Shown in pieces: positions 48,147 to 57,678 of a DNA stretch of 64,000 bases. Each line of letters begins with the position of its first letter. Position 1 is the first letter of the stretch. A program made the position numbers and the translations under genes. The stretch is from Candidatus Sericytochromatia bacterium (GTDB lineage: Bacteria > Cyanobacteriota > Sericytochromatia > S15B-MN24 > UBA4093). The notes beneath the pieces are model-generated. The model was not told the DNA's origin and did not search any database. It saw only the letters and a list, made by a program, of their open reading frames with translations. Location: contig JAKFBU010000041.1 in the NCBI GenBank assembly GCA_036676985.1, forward strand, positions 64,001 through 128,000, written 5' to 3'.

Positions 48147-48581
48147 ATGCGCAACTTTCGACCCTGGACCCAGGCCTGGAGCCAAGAGCTCGGCTGGCTC
48201 ATCGTCCGTGTGACCTTCGGACTGGCACTCGCCACCCATGGCTGGGCCAAGCTCTTCGGAGAGCACGGAGTCTCGGCTTTCGCCGAGCGGGCCGTGGCGC
48301 CCATGGGCTTCCCCGCGCCCCTGCTGTTCGCCTACCTCGCGGCCCTCTCCGAGCTGGTCGGTGGCCTCATGGTCGCCATCGGCCTCTGCACGCCGCTGGC
48401 CGCGCTGACGACCGCCTTCACCATGGCCGTCGCCGTCTTCCGGCACATGAGCGCGGGCGATCCCTTCCAGCGCTACGAGCTGGCCGTCATCTACCTGGCT
48501 ATCTCCGTGGCGGCCATCCTCAAGGGCGGCGGGCGCTTCTCGATCGACGCGAAGCTGCCCTTCTTCCGGACCGATCGCTAA
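48147..48581 (+). CDS. DoxX family membrane protein
   Basis: [25 protein letters not shown]. Confidence 0.88.
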   Translation: MRNFRPWTQAWSQELGWLIVRVTFGLALATHGWAKLFGEHGVSAFAERAVAPMGFPAPLLFAYLAALSELVGGLMVAIGLCTPLAALTTAFTMAVAVFRHMSAGDPFQRYELAVIYLAISVAAILKGGGRFSIDAKLPFFRTDR

Positions 48582-48610
48582 AAGAGGCGCGTCCGCCCGG
48601 ACGCGCCTCT
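48580..48610. terminator. Hairpin between convergent doxX and sodC
   Basis: AGAGGCGCGTCCG-CC-CGGACGCGCCTCT with A-run on the left. Confidence 0.65.
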
Positions 48611-48620
48611 CGACGACCCA

Positions 48621-49238
48621 CTAGTGGTTGTGATGGCCGCGGTGATCGTGCGGGGCCCCCTGGGTCCCCATGGCGACCACCGGGCCGCAGGCGATGCGCG
48701 CCCCGGCGTTGCCCGCCGGATCCGTGAGGTAGTCGTCCGGGTTGGCGTGGATCATCAGGGACGAGCCGTCCGCATCCAGCAGGGAGTACTTGCCCGGTTT
48801 CAGGGTCAGCAACGGGGCGACGAAGTCCAGCTTGAGCCGGCCCTGCTCGTCTACCACCACGTTGGGCAGGTCGCCCGCATGCGGGCCCTTGGGGTTCTGC
48901 AGGCCGTGCTGCTTGCCGTCCGGGTTGAAGTGGCTCCCGGCGGACGTGAAGGTGGGTCCCTCGCACTGGTTGGTGGCGTGGACGTGGAAGCCGTGCACGC
49001 CCGGCGGCAGGTTGGCGGCGTCGACCTCGATCCGCAGGCCGTCCGCGACCTCGGTGAGGCGCGCCGTTCCGACCTTGGCGCCCTTGCCGTCGATGAGCTC
49101 CGCGGTGGCGGTCATGCCCTTGGCCTGAGCAGGCGCGGCCTTGGCGGGAGCCTGAGGCGTCTGGTGGGCCAGGGCGGCACCCGCTCCGCCGATGGAAGCG
49201 GCCACGAGCCCGGCCACGATGATTCCCTTGCTGATCAT
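48621..49238 (-). CDS. sodC: Periplasmic Cu/Zn superoxide dismutase
   Basis: [34 protein letters not shown]; signal peptide. Confidence 0.93.
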   Translation of the reverse strand: MISKGIIVAGLVAASIGGAGAALAHQTPQAPAKAAPAQAKGMTATAELIDGKGAKVGTARLTEVADGLRIEVDAANLPPGVHGFHVHATNQCEGPTFTSAGSHFNPDGKQHGLQNPKGPHAGDLPNVVVDEQGRLKLDFVAPLLTLKPGKYSLLDADGSSLMIHANPDDYLTDPAGNAGARIACGPVVAMGTQGAPHDHRGHHNH

Positions 49239-49489
49239 GGAGGTTCTCCTTCTAAGCGTGACGCGGCGCGGGGGCGACTCACGGCAGGCTGAGCAGCCGA
49301 CCCGTTCCGCCTCCATTTGACCCCGCGTCCGAGCAGAACGCAATCGACCCTTCTCCGCCGGCGCCGCCCCGAGGTCAAGTTGGGAGCAGGTGGGGGGTGG
49401 CCTCACGGCGCACGCTCGGCAAGCTCGGTTGTTGGCCTGCCGTGCCGATGGTATAGTCAAGGCCACAGCACAGGAAGGGACACCCGTTC

Positions 49490-49891
49490 ATGCCGCACGT
49501 TTCGCTGTCAACTAGCTTGCTGCGCCGCCCCGGCAACCTGCTGCTGGCCCTCTGCTTGGCGTTTGCGGTCTCGAACCTGTTCTCGGTCCTGCCCTTCGGC
49601 AACGCGACCTCGGGCTACATGCCCCCCGTTCCGGCCCCCGTCGCCCAGGCGGTCGACCCCGCGCACCCCGACCTGACAGCCGATACCCTGAACTGGGAAG
49701 ACACCTGCCAGGTCATCTGGGGCGCCCTCTACGACCGCACGGATCCGAGCCAGGGGTGGGCAGCCGTCGGAGCCACCGCCCTCTGGCTGGCCGCGACCGC
49801 GCAGGATCCCCTCGGCGTTACGAGCCCCCGGATTCCGCCGCGCCCCCCGGCGCTCCGCTACTTCCTTCGAGCTCCACCCCGTCTCGCCTGA
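49490..49891 (+). CDS. Exported leader protein with C-terminal RAPP motif (candidate arrest peptide)
   Basis: Extended -10 TGGTATAGT, RBS AGGAAGG, N-terminal hydrophobic segment, ends LRYFLRAPPRLA. Confidence 0.65.
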   Translation: MPHVSLSTSLLRRPGNLLLALCLAFAVSNLFSVLPFGNATSGYMPPVPAPVAQAVDPAHPDLTADTLNWEDTCQVIWGALYDRTDPSQGWAAVGATALWLAATAQDPLGVTSPRIPPRPPALRYFLRAPPRLA

Positions 49892-50025
49892 TCGCCCGCT
49901 GCGATCGCGCCCGGATGCCGCCGCATCCTCCACCCGGTCCCGACCCGGCACTTCCGCGCGTCCGCGCCGGAATGGCCGCGTCGCCATCCTTCCTTTCCGC
50001 GCGACCTTAGATAGGAGTAGTTGCC

Positions 50026-51249
50026 TTGACGCACGTGAAACTCGCTCTCTCCCTCGGTCTCTGTGCCCTCATGGGCCTGGCCTCGCCGGCCTTCGCGAGC
50101 CTCGCCTCGGACATCTTCAAGGACGTGCCCGACGGCCACTGGGCCGAGCAGGGCGTCGCCGAGGTGGCCATCAAGCGCGACCTCATGAAGGGCTATCCCG
50201 ACGGGACCTTCCGCGGCGACCAGCCCTTCACGCGCCTCCAGTTCGTGAGCAGCATGACGGTCCTGCTCAAGGAGCTCGAGGCGCTCTCGAAGGTCACTTG
50301 GCGCCCCGTCGAGCACCCGACCTACGACTTCAAGGACGTCCCCGCCGACCAGAAGACCGAGACCCAGAACCTCACCAACGACTACGGCCTCTTCGAGGGC
50401 GTGCCCGGCATCACGAAGAGCCGCTTCAACGGCGAGCAGACCGTCACGCGCTACGAGATGGCCAAGATCATCAACAACCTCATGCGGCTCGCCGAGGCCA
50501 AGGACGTGGTCCGGCCCCAGGGCAAGGTGGGCGAAGGCCCGACCTTCTCGGACGTGAACCCGTCCGATTGGGCCTATCAGGACATGCAGGGCGTCTCGCA
50601 GCGCTACAAGGTGATGGTGGGCTTCCCTGACGGGACGTTCCGCGGCAACGAGGAGCTGACCCGCTACCAGTACGCCCAGGCCATCTCCCAGACCGTGCCG
50701 CTGATCCGCGAGCTCATCGCCCAGACCACCGAGGTCAAGCAGGAAGAGAAGCGCCAGGCCACCGGCCCGTGGCGCATCCAGGAGCAGCAGCCCATCCGCA
50801 CCGATCTCGGCATCACGTCGAGCGGCCAGACGTCGCTCCGCGCCCGCCTGGTCGGCTATCCCGGCTGGCTCTTCCTGTTCGCCGAGCCGCGCCTCACGGT
50901 CCTGCCGGCTGTCGGGGCCGACGTGGAGGTCGGGGCCTCGGTCAAGTTCCCGTTCCTCGGCCCCCTCCAGTTCCAGCCCTACGTGAGCGGCCAGTACTTC
51001 GGCGGCTCGGGCGCGACGGACCTCGGCCTCGGGGCGTTCGTCTACTGGCGGCCGACCTACTCGTGGGGTGTCTACGGCAAGGGCGGCTACGGCTTCTTGC
51101 AGGCGGTCAGGAACGGCGAACTCGGGGCCGAGTACCACGTGTCGGATCGCCTGTCGTTCGCGGCCGGGTTCTCCGCCTGGCAGACGCCCGCCGCGGGGAC
51201 ACCGACGACCAACTTGGGCTTTACCTTCGGGCCGCAGTTCCGGTTCTAA
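50026..51249 (+). CDS. SLH-domain outer-membrane beta-barrel protein (OmpM/SomA-like architecture)
   Basis: Signal peptide; three SLH repeats (FKDVPDGHWA, GYPDGTFRG, TRYE); alternating beta strands ending in Phe. Confidence 0.85.
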   Translation: MTHVKLALSLGLCALMGLASPAFASLASDIFKDVPDGHWAEQGVAEVAIKRDLMKGYPDGTFRGDQPFTRLQFVSSMTVLLKELEALSKVTWRPVEHPTYDFKDVPADQKTETQNLTNDYGLFEGVPGITKSRFNGEQTVTRYEMAKIINNLMRLAEAKDVVRPQGKVGEGPTFSDVNPSDWAYQDMQGVSQRYKVMVGFPDGTFRGNEELTRYQYAQAISQTVPLIRELIAQTTEVKQEEKRQATGPWRIQEQQPIRTDLGITSSGQTSLRARLVGYPGWLFLFAEPRLTVLPAVGADVEVGASVKFPFLGPLQFQPYVSGQYFGGSGATDLGLGAFVYWRPTYSWGVYGKGGYGFLQAVRNGELGAEYHVSDRLSFAAGFSAWQTPAAGTPTTNLGFTFGPQFRF

Positions 51250-51386
51250 TGGCCTGTCGCTCGGGTGAGTCCTCGTAGCGCCGCTGGGAAAAGGATGCGT
51301 GCGGAACGGGGCGGCAAAGGCGCCTTTTGGGCCCTTTCTCCAATTTCGTTCCGCAGCCCGAGCCCCTCTTAATCAGGAGTTCAATC

Positions 51387-52823
51387 ATGCCCCTATTCGC
51401 TCTGCTCATCGCCGTCGCGAGCCTCTGGCCGGCCGCGGCCTGGGCGGCGACCGGGATCGAGACCGTCGATCTGACGGGTAGCTGGGTCGGAATTTCGGCC
51501 CTGCTCCTCTTCGCCTTCGCCTACGTCCTGGTGATGGCCGAGGAGGTCCTGCACCTCAAGAAGTCCAAACCGGTCATGGTCGCGGCCGGCGTCATCTGGA
51601 TCCTGATCGGCCTTGCCTACGCCGGCATGGGCGACACGCACACGGCCGAGACGGCCATCCGGGCCAACCTACTGGAGTTCGGCGAGCTCTTCCTCTTCCT
51701 GCTCGCGGCCATGACCTTCATCAACACCATGGACGACCGGGGCGTCTTCGACGCCCTGCGCGGCTGGCTGGTGGGACGCGGCCTCTCCCTACGCGCCCTG
51801 TTCTGGGTGACGGGGGGGCTCGCCTTCGTCATCTCGCCGGTGGCCGACAACCTCACGACGGCCCTGTTGATGGGAGCGGTGGTCATGGCCCTCGGCGCGG
51901 GCAAGCCGCAGTTCGTCGCCCTCTCTTGCATCAACATCGTGGTCGCGGCGAACGCCGGCGGGGCCTTCAGCCCCTTCGGGGACATCACCACCCTCATGGT
52001 CTGGCAGGCAGGCCGGGTCACGTTCGCCGAATTCTTCGCCCTGTTCGTCCCGTCGCTCGTCAACTGGCTGGTGCCCGCCGCCCTCATGTCCTTCGCCATC
52101 GAGGCGGGCAAGCCAAACCCCATCCACGCAAAGGCCGTCCTGCACGACGGGGCCTGGACGGTGGTGGGGCTCTTCATAGGGACCATCGCCCTGGCGGTCT
52201 CGTTCCACAACTTCCTGCACATGCCGCCGGTCATCGGCATGATGACGGGGCTCGGCGTCCTCAAGCTCTACGGCTACTTCATGAAGCGCACGGCCCCCAA
52301 GAACCGGCAGGTGACCATCAACGAGCCGGACGACGTGTTCGCCGAGCCACTGGCCATCCCCCATGCCCACGTACACAAGGATCCCTTCGACGTGTTCAAG
52401 CAGCTCGAGCGTACGGAGTGGGACACGCTCATGTTCTTCTACGGCGTGATCCTGTGCGTGGGAGGCCTCGGCACCATCGGATACCTGGCCTTGGCCTCCC
52501 AGTTCATGTATGGGGACCTGGGCGCGACCACAGCCAACGTGCTGGTGGGCGTGCTCTCGGCCGTTGTCGACAACATCCCGGTCATGTTCGCCGTCCTGTC
52601 CATGAACCCGGACATGTCACACGGCCAGTGGCTCCTGGTCACGCTGACCGCGGGGGTGGGCGGCTCCATGCTGAGCATCGGCAGTGCCGCAGGCGTCGCC
52701 CTCATGGGCCAGGCGCGCGGCGTCTATACCTTCATGTCACACCTCAAGTGGACCTGGGCGATCGCCCTCGGCTACGCCGCGAGCATCGGCGTCCACTTGC
52801 TGGTGAACCGCCACCTGTTCTGA
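51387..52823 (+). CDS. nhaD: Na+/H+ antiporter NhaD
   Basis: KKSKP, ISPVADNLTTAL, ANAGGAFSPFGDITTLMVW, VDNIP, GSAAGVALMG. Confidence 0.92.
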   Translation: MPLFALLIAVASLWPAAAWAATGIETVDLTGSWVGISALLLFAFAYVLVMAEEVLHLKKSKPVMVAAGVIWILIGLAYAGMGDTHTAETAIRANLLEFGELFLFLLAAMTFINTMDDRGVFDALRGWLVGRGLSLRALFWVTGGLAFVISPVADNLTTALLMGAVVMALGAGKPQFVALSCINIVVAANAGGAFSPFGDITTLMVWQAGRVTFAEFFALFVPSLVNWLVPAALMSFAIEAGKPNPIHAKAVLHDGAWTVVGLFIGTIALAVSFHNFLHMPPVIGMMTGLGVLKLYGYFMKRTAPKNRQVTINEPDDVFAEPLAIPHAHVHKDPFDVFKQLERTEWDTLMFFYGVILCVGGLGTIGYLALASQFMYGDLGATTANVLVGVLSAVVDNIPVMFAVLSMNPDMSHGQWLLVTLTAGVGGSMLSIGSAAGVALMGQARGVYTFMSHLKWTWAIALGYAASIGVHLLVNRHLF

Positions 52824-52855
52824 GCCTTCCGAGCCCGGCCCTCAATCCGCAGTCG

Positions 52856-52884
52856 GAGGACCCGCCCCTACCGGGCGGGTCCTC
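52856..52884. terminator. Hairpin after nhaD
   Basis: GAGGACCCGCCC-CTACC-GGGCGGGTCCTC. Confidence 0.55.
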
Positions 52885-52955
52885 ACTCCACGGTTGATGC
52901 CTGTCCGGGCGAATCCGAGGTTTATGGCCAGGCCCCCGGGTTCGCGCGGCCCGCG

Positions 52956-53420
52956 CTAACCACCCGCCGCTGCTCCCTGATGAATGTGCTGTTGAGGGGT
53001 CGACCATTCAGGCGAATCATAACTTGGCCCGGGAGAGAACGTATCGAAATCGTCCCGCAAGCCGCGGCCGTAATCGGGCGCAACCCAGGTTCGCACCAAC
53101 GGGCGCCACGGCGCTCGTACGGGTACGAAGCGGGGCCAGGATCCGCGGCGACGGAAGCCTCCATAGCCGCTATAGATCACGCTGCCACGGGCAGGCATGC
53201 CTCCGTAACGATAGCGGTAGCGATAGTACTGCTGGGTACTGTAGCCCGGCTGGTCACTCACCTGCTGGATCCCGTAGCCTTGCTGGGCCTCCATCGGCTG
53301 TGAGGGAGGCTGAAGACCAGGCGGCGGGACCTGTGTCAATGGTGCCGGCGCGCCACAGCCTACCACCCCGAAGGTCAAGCAAAGCCCGAGCATCCCCTGG
53401 GTCACGTGACGTCGGTTCAT
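52956..53420 (-). CDS. Low-complexity Gln/Tyr/Arg/Gly-rich lipoprotein
   Basis: RBS GGAGG; lipobox VVGC; GYGIQQ and GYSTQQ repeats. Confidence 0.6.
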   Translation of the reverse strand: MNRRHVTQGMLGLCLTFGVVGCGAPAPLTQVPPPGLQPPSQPMEAQQGYGIQQVSDQPGYSTQQYYRYRYRYGGMPARGSVIYSGYGGFRRRGSWPRFVPVRAPWRPLVRTWVAPDYGRGLRDDFDTFSPGPSYDSPEWSTPQQHIHQGAAAGG

Positions 53421-53659
53421 ACGCTTTCCTCCATGTTGGACGCCGAGGAAACGACCGTCAGCATCCGGCGACCCATGATGTATAGACGTCGCCATACAAC
53501 TGAGGCAATAGCCTGACGATTGATGGAGGGTCGGAATAGCGGTTAGAGGCCAGACATGGCGGAAAGAAGTCGCCGTTGCCCCTCATGAGAATGCCCGTGG
53601 CAACGGCGTCCCCTGGAGGGAGCCTCCACCAGATCGGGCCCCTGACGGCTTTTACTGAC

Positions 53660-54763
53660 CTAGGGGCGATACGAGATCCGGTAGATCCGCCCGCCCGCGT
53701 CATCCGTGAGGAAGAGCGCCCCGTCCGGCGCCGTCAGGACGTCCACCGGCCGCCCCCAGTCCTGGGTGCCCCGCAGCCAGCCCGTGGCGAAGTCCTCCGT
53801 GCCCGCGGGCTTGCCGTCCTTGAACTTGACCCGGACCACCTTGTAGCCCGCCGGCGGAAAGCGGTTCCACGAGCCGTGCATGGCGACGAAGGCGTTGTGG
53901 CGGTACTCGGCCGGAAACTGCGCGCCCGTGTAGAACGTGAGGCCAAGCGGGGCCATGTGGGCCGGGAACTCGACCGCCGGCGGGATGGTCTTGGCGCAGA
54001 AGGCCGCATCCCCCTGATCCGGCTTGCGATCGCCGTAGCACTGGGGCCAGCCGTAATGCCCCCCGAACTGGACGCGGTTCAGCTCCTCGGGGGGCAGGTT
54101 GTTGCCGAGCCAGTCGCGGCCGTTGTCCGTGGCCCACAGGTCCCGCGTGGTCGGGTGCCACGAGAAGCCCACGGCGTTCCGCAGGCCGCGCGCGTAGATC
54201 TCTCGCCCGCTGCCGTCCGGCTTGAAGCGCATGATCGTCGCCCGGGCGGGGTCCTCCTCGACGCAGGCGTTGCAGCTCGACCCGGCCGAGACGTACATCA
54301 TCCCGTCCGGTCCGAAGCCGATCGTGCGGGTCCAGTGCATGCCGCCGTCGGGCAGGCCGCGGGTCACGAGCTGCTTGTCTTCGGCGACGAGATCCCCGTC
54401 CGCATCCGTCAGGCGCTGCACCGCTCCGGTCTCGGCCACGTAGAGGGCGCCATCCCGCCAGGCGACGCCGTGCGGGCGGTTGAGGCCCGTCGCAAAGACG
54501 CTCACGCGGTCGGGCTTGCCGTCCCGGTTGCGGTCGGGCAGCACCAGGATCTCCCCGCTGCGCGGGCGGCTGACCGTGAGATCCCCCTTCGGCGAGAGGG
54601 CCATGAAGCGCACGCCGGAAAGGTCGTCCGCATAGACCTCGATCCGGAAGCCCGGTGGCAGCTTGATCGGATGCGGCAGCGCCTGCGGTGCCGCCTGAGA
54701 GGCGGTCGATAGGGCGCCCAGGATGAACAGCCCAACGAGGGTACGGCCCGGCGCGTGTCCCAT
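53660..54763 (-). CDS. PQQ-dependent glucose/sorbosone dehydrogenase family protein
   Basis: HWTRTI.FGPDG, GSSCNAC, GLRNAVG, DNGRD, HYGWP, HGSWNR. Confidence 0.88.
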   Translation of the reverse strand: MGHAPGRTLVGLFILGALSTASQAAPQALPHPIKLPPGFRIEVYADDLSGVRFMALSPKGDLTVSRPRSGEILVLPDRNRDGKPDRVSVFATGLNRPHGVAWRDGALYVAETGAVQRLTDADGDLVAEDKQLVTRGLPDGGMHWTRTIGFGPDGMMYVSAGSSCNACVEEDPARATIMRFKPDGSGREIYARGLRNAVGFSWHPTTRDLWATDNGRDWLGNNLPPEELNRVQFGGHYGWPQCYGDRKPDQGDAAFCAKTIPPAVEFPAHMAPLGLTFYTGAQFPAEYRHNAFVAMHGSWNRFPPAGYKVVRVKFKDGKPAGTEDFATGWLRGTQDWGRPVDVLTAPDGALFLTDDAGGRIYRISYRP

Positions 54764-54820
54764 GACTCCTCCTCTCCTGGCGGTCAGCCGGGTCATGGTA
54801 CGCCCTCGGAGGCGCGAACG

Positions 54821-56524
54821 CTAGGGCTGGAGGATGGGCTCCGCCGATGGTTCCTCGACGAGCGGCAACGTGACGATGAAGGTGCTGCCCTCGCTCAAGG
54901 CGCTCTCGACCCGGATGCTTCCGCCATGGCCCTCTTCGACGATGGCCTTGCAGATGGCGAGCCCGAGGCCCGTCCCGCCCACCGAGCGGGTGGAGCTGCT
55001 GTCCACCTGGAAGAACTTCTGGAAGATGCGCTCGCGGTGCTCTTGCGCGATGCCAATCCCGGTGTCCTCCACCTCGATCCGCGCCGTGCCGTCCGTCTCG
55101 GTGAGGCGAAGGGTCACCTTGCCCCCGGGAGACGTGAACTTGGCGGCATTGGAGAGTAGGTTGAGCAGGACCTGCCGGATCCGGTCGTGGTCGACGCAGG
55201 CCGACACCGTCTCGGCATGCAGTTCGAGGGCGAGCTCGAGGCGCTTCTCGCCGAAGAGCTGGGACAGGCTGACGGTCACCTCGCGAACCAGACGCGCCAG
55301 GTCGTCTTGCACGTACTTGTAGCGCATCTCCCCGGACTCCAACTTCGAGAGATCCAGCAGGTCGTCGATCATGCGGTGCAGGTGCTCGGCATGCGTGATG
55401 ACGATGGAGACGATGGCCTCCTGCTTGTCGTTCAGCTCGCCTTCCAGGCGCTGCTCGAGTATCCAGGCCGCCGCCTTGATGGCCGTCAGCGGCGTCCTGA
55501 ACTCGTGGCTGATGGTCGAGAGGAACTCGTCCTTGAGGCGGCTGAGCTCCTGGAGCTGCTGATACGCCGTCTCCAGCTCCATGCGCGCGTCATGGCGCTC
55601 CAGCGTCGAGCCCACCCAGCGGGCCATGAGGCGCACGAGATCCACATCCGTCGCGGAAAAGGGGGCGTGCGGCACGTCGCTGGTGAAGTTGAGCAGGCCG
55701 ACCGGCATGCCGTCGATGACGATCAGGTCCCCCAGGCAGGCGCGCATGGCATGGTGGCGAACGATAGGAAGCTCGCTCAAGGGGCTCGCCGTCAGGTCGT
55801 GGACGGCCAGGGGCTCCTCCTGCTCGAGCAGCATGGCGGCGAAGGTCTCCTCGAACGGATAGGACTGACCCGCCGTCAGGCGCTCACCCACCGCACTCGC
55901 CACGTGCGTGACGACCGTTCGCCCTTGCTGCTGGTCGAAGCGGGAGATCACCCCATAGCCCAGTCCGAACATGCGGCAGCCGCGTTGCAGCAGCTCGTGG
56001 ATCTGATCGTCCTGCGAAATGCCCGCCAGGGCCGAGACCTCGTAGAGGGCCCGGATCCGCTCGGCTTGCTTGGCCTGCGCCTCCTGGGCCGTCACCAGCG
56101 CATGGGTCCGCTCGGAAACCAATGCCTCGAGCTCGATGGCCTGGGTCCGGGCGGCATCCCGCTCCGCCTCGAGACGCGACAACTGAACGAGGCGGGTCCG
56201 CAGGAGGGAGATGAGGTAGACGACCAGGGGATAGGACAGTCCCGTGACGACGAGAAAGGCCCCCCGTCCCGCCTCAGGGGAGAGGCGGAGGAAGAGGTAG
56301 AGCCAGGCGAGGGCTGCGCTGGCGAGGCCCGGACGGAGGCCCCCCAGGAGGGCGGCGATGATGGCGGAGAAGCCGAGGTACCCCGGCAGGGGACGCGGCG
56401 CGGGCCCCGTGATCAGGTCCCGGGCGAACCCCTCCATCACCAGGATCATGATCAGCGTCAGCAGAGGACCGCCTACCTGATGCCATGCGATGTTCGGGTT
56501 GTTTAAGGGCGTTCGCCAGTTCAT
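54821..56524 (-). CDS. Membrane sensor histidine kinase (TM, GAF, HisKA, HATPase)
   Basis: SHEFRTPLT, NLLSNAAKF, DTGIGI, GTGLGL. Confidence 0.92.
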   Translation of the reverse strand: MNWRTPLNNPNIAWHQVGGPLLTLIMILVMEGFARDLITGPAPRPLPGYLGFSAIIAALLGGLRPGLASAALAWLYLFLRLSPEAGRGAFLVVTGLSYPLVVYLISLLRTRLVQLSRLEAERDAARTQAIELEALVSERTHALVTAQEAQAKQAERIRALYEVSALAGISQDDQIHELLQRGCRMFGLGYGVISRFDQQQGRTVVTHVASAVGERLTAGQSYPFEETFAAMLLEQEEPLAVHDLTASPLSELPIVRHHAMRACLGDLIVIDGMPVGLLNFTSDVPHAPFSATDVDLVRLMARWVGSTLERHDARMELETAYQQLQELSRLKDEFLSTISHEFRTPLTAIKAAAWILEQRLEGELNDKQEAIVSIVITHAEHLHRMIDDLLDLSKLESGEMRYKYVQDDLARLVREVTVSLSQLFGEKRLELALELHAETVSACVDHDRIRQVLLNLLSNAAKFTSPGGKVTLRLTETDGTARIEVEDTGIGIAQEHRERIFQKFFQVDSSSTRSVGGTGLGLAICKAIVEEGHGGSIRVESALSEGSTFIVTLPLVEEPSAEPILQP

Positions 56525-56565
56525 CCGTTGCTCCTCGGGCGCTAGTCCATCTTACCCTCAAACGA

Positions 56566-56595
56566 GACCGGCCTCCCCAGATGGGGAGGCCGGTC
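56566..56595 (-). terminator. Hairpin after the Crp/Fnr gene
   Basis: GACCGGCCTCCCC-AGAT-GGGGAGGCCGGTC. Confidence 0.65.
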
Positions 56596-56609
56596 CGATC
56601 GATTGGGGC

Positions 56610-57323
56610 TTAGCGCCAGCGCATCAGGGCGTTGGGCTGGTTGATGGTGATCTGCTGGTGGGCGATCGAGATGACGCCCTCGTCTTGCAGGCGGTTGAGC
56701 GCCCGGGTGACGGTCTCGCGGCTGGAGCCGACCATGTTGGCCAGATCCTGGTGGGTCATCTTGAGGTTGATGAGCACCTTGCTGCCGATCTGGCGCCCCT
56801 CGCTCTTGGAGAGGTGGTTGAGGGTGCTCGCCACGCGCTCGTGGACGTCCTTGAAGGCCAGGTCCTCGACCTGCTGGTTCACCTGACGGATGCGGCGGGT
56901 GAGGTCGCGCATGATCTGCAGGGCGATGCTCGGGTGATCCATGAGCGTGCGCTCGAAGTCACGCTTGGCGACGGTGTAGACGCTCGCGGCGTCGTCGATG
57001 ACCTCGGCGGTCGCCGAGCGGGGCAGGTTGTCGAAGATGGCCATCTCGCCGAAGAAGTCGCCGGGCTGCATGATGCAGAGGGTCTTCTCGCGGCCGTCCT
57101 CGGTGATCTTGGCGATCTTGACCCGGCCGGACTTGAGGATGTAGAGGGTGTCGCCCACGTCGCCCTCGTGGAAGATGATGCTCTTCTTGGGGAAGGTCTT
57201 CTCGCCGGTGATCGTGGCGATGCGGGCCAGGCCATCGCTGCCCACGCCCTGGAAGATGGATACCCGCTGGAGGAAGCTAACGGCGTTCATGGCCGCCGGC
57301 ACGGGGATTTCCTTGAGCGCCAA
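56610..57323 (-). CDS. Crp/Fnr family transcriptional regulator (cNMP-binding)
   Basis: FFGEMA..PRSAT cNMP motif; HTH THQDLANMVGSSRETVTR. Confidence 0.93.
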   Translation of the reverse strand: MALKEIPVPAAMNAVSFLQRVSIFQGVGSDGLARIATITGEKTFPKKSIIFHEGDVGDTLYILKSGRVKIAKITEDGREKTLCIMQPGDFFGEMAIFDNLPRSATAEVIDDAASVYTVAKRDFERTLMDHPSIALQIMRDLTRRIRQVNQQVEDLAFKDVHERVASTLNHLSKSEGRQIGSKVLINLKMTHQDLANMVGSSRETVTRALNRLQDEGVISIAHQQITINQPNALMRWR

Positions 57324-57576
57324 TGGGACCTCCTTCTCCGTTCAGGACTTGAGCACGATGTCAACATGTCTAAGGCGTTGATTGTGTGGGTCGCAATTAT
57401 AACAACGCGCGATCACCCAACACAAGAATGAAAGCCCGCTCGCTGACACCTTTTACGAAACGTAACAACGCTCGTAACGTTACATAATCTGCGGTACGTT
57501 TTAACATAACAAGCGAAAACGAGATCACTCGGTGCTCCGCGTCACATGGATCGAAATTACGTTATGTTCGGCAATT

Positions 57577-57590
57577 CGAACGAGCGTTCG
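57577..57590. promoter_or_regulatory. Gram-positive-type LexA (Cheo) box candidate
   Basis: CGAAC-GAGC-GTTCG matches CGAACRNRYGTTCG. Confidence 0.45.
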
Positions 57591-57678
57591 ATCGGCTTAG
57601 CACTTATTCGGCTGGAAAATGGGCGGATTTAAGGGGTTGTGAAGCTACGGGGCGGTGCTGCAGGAGGCGTGACTTCTT

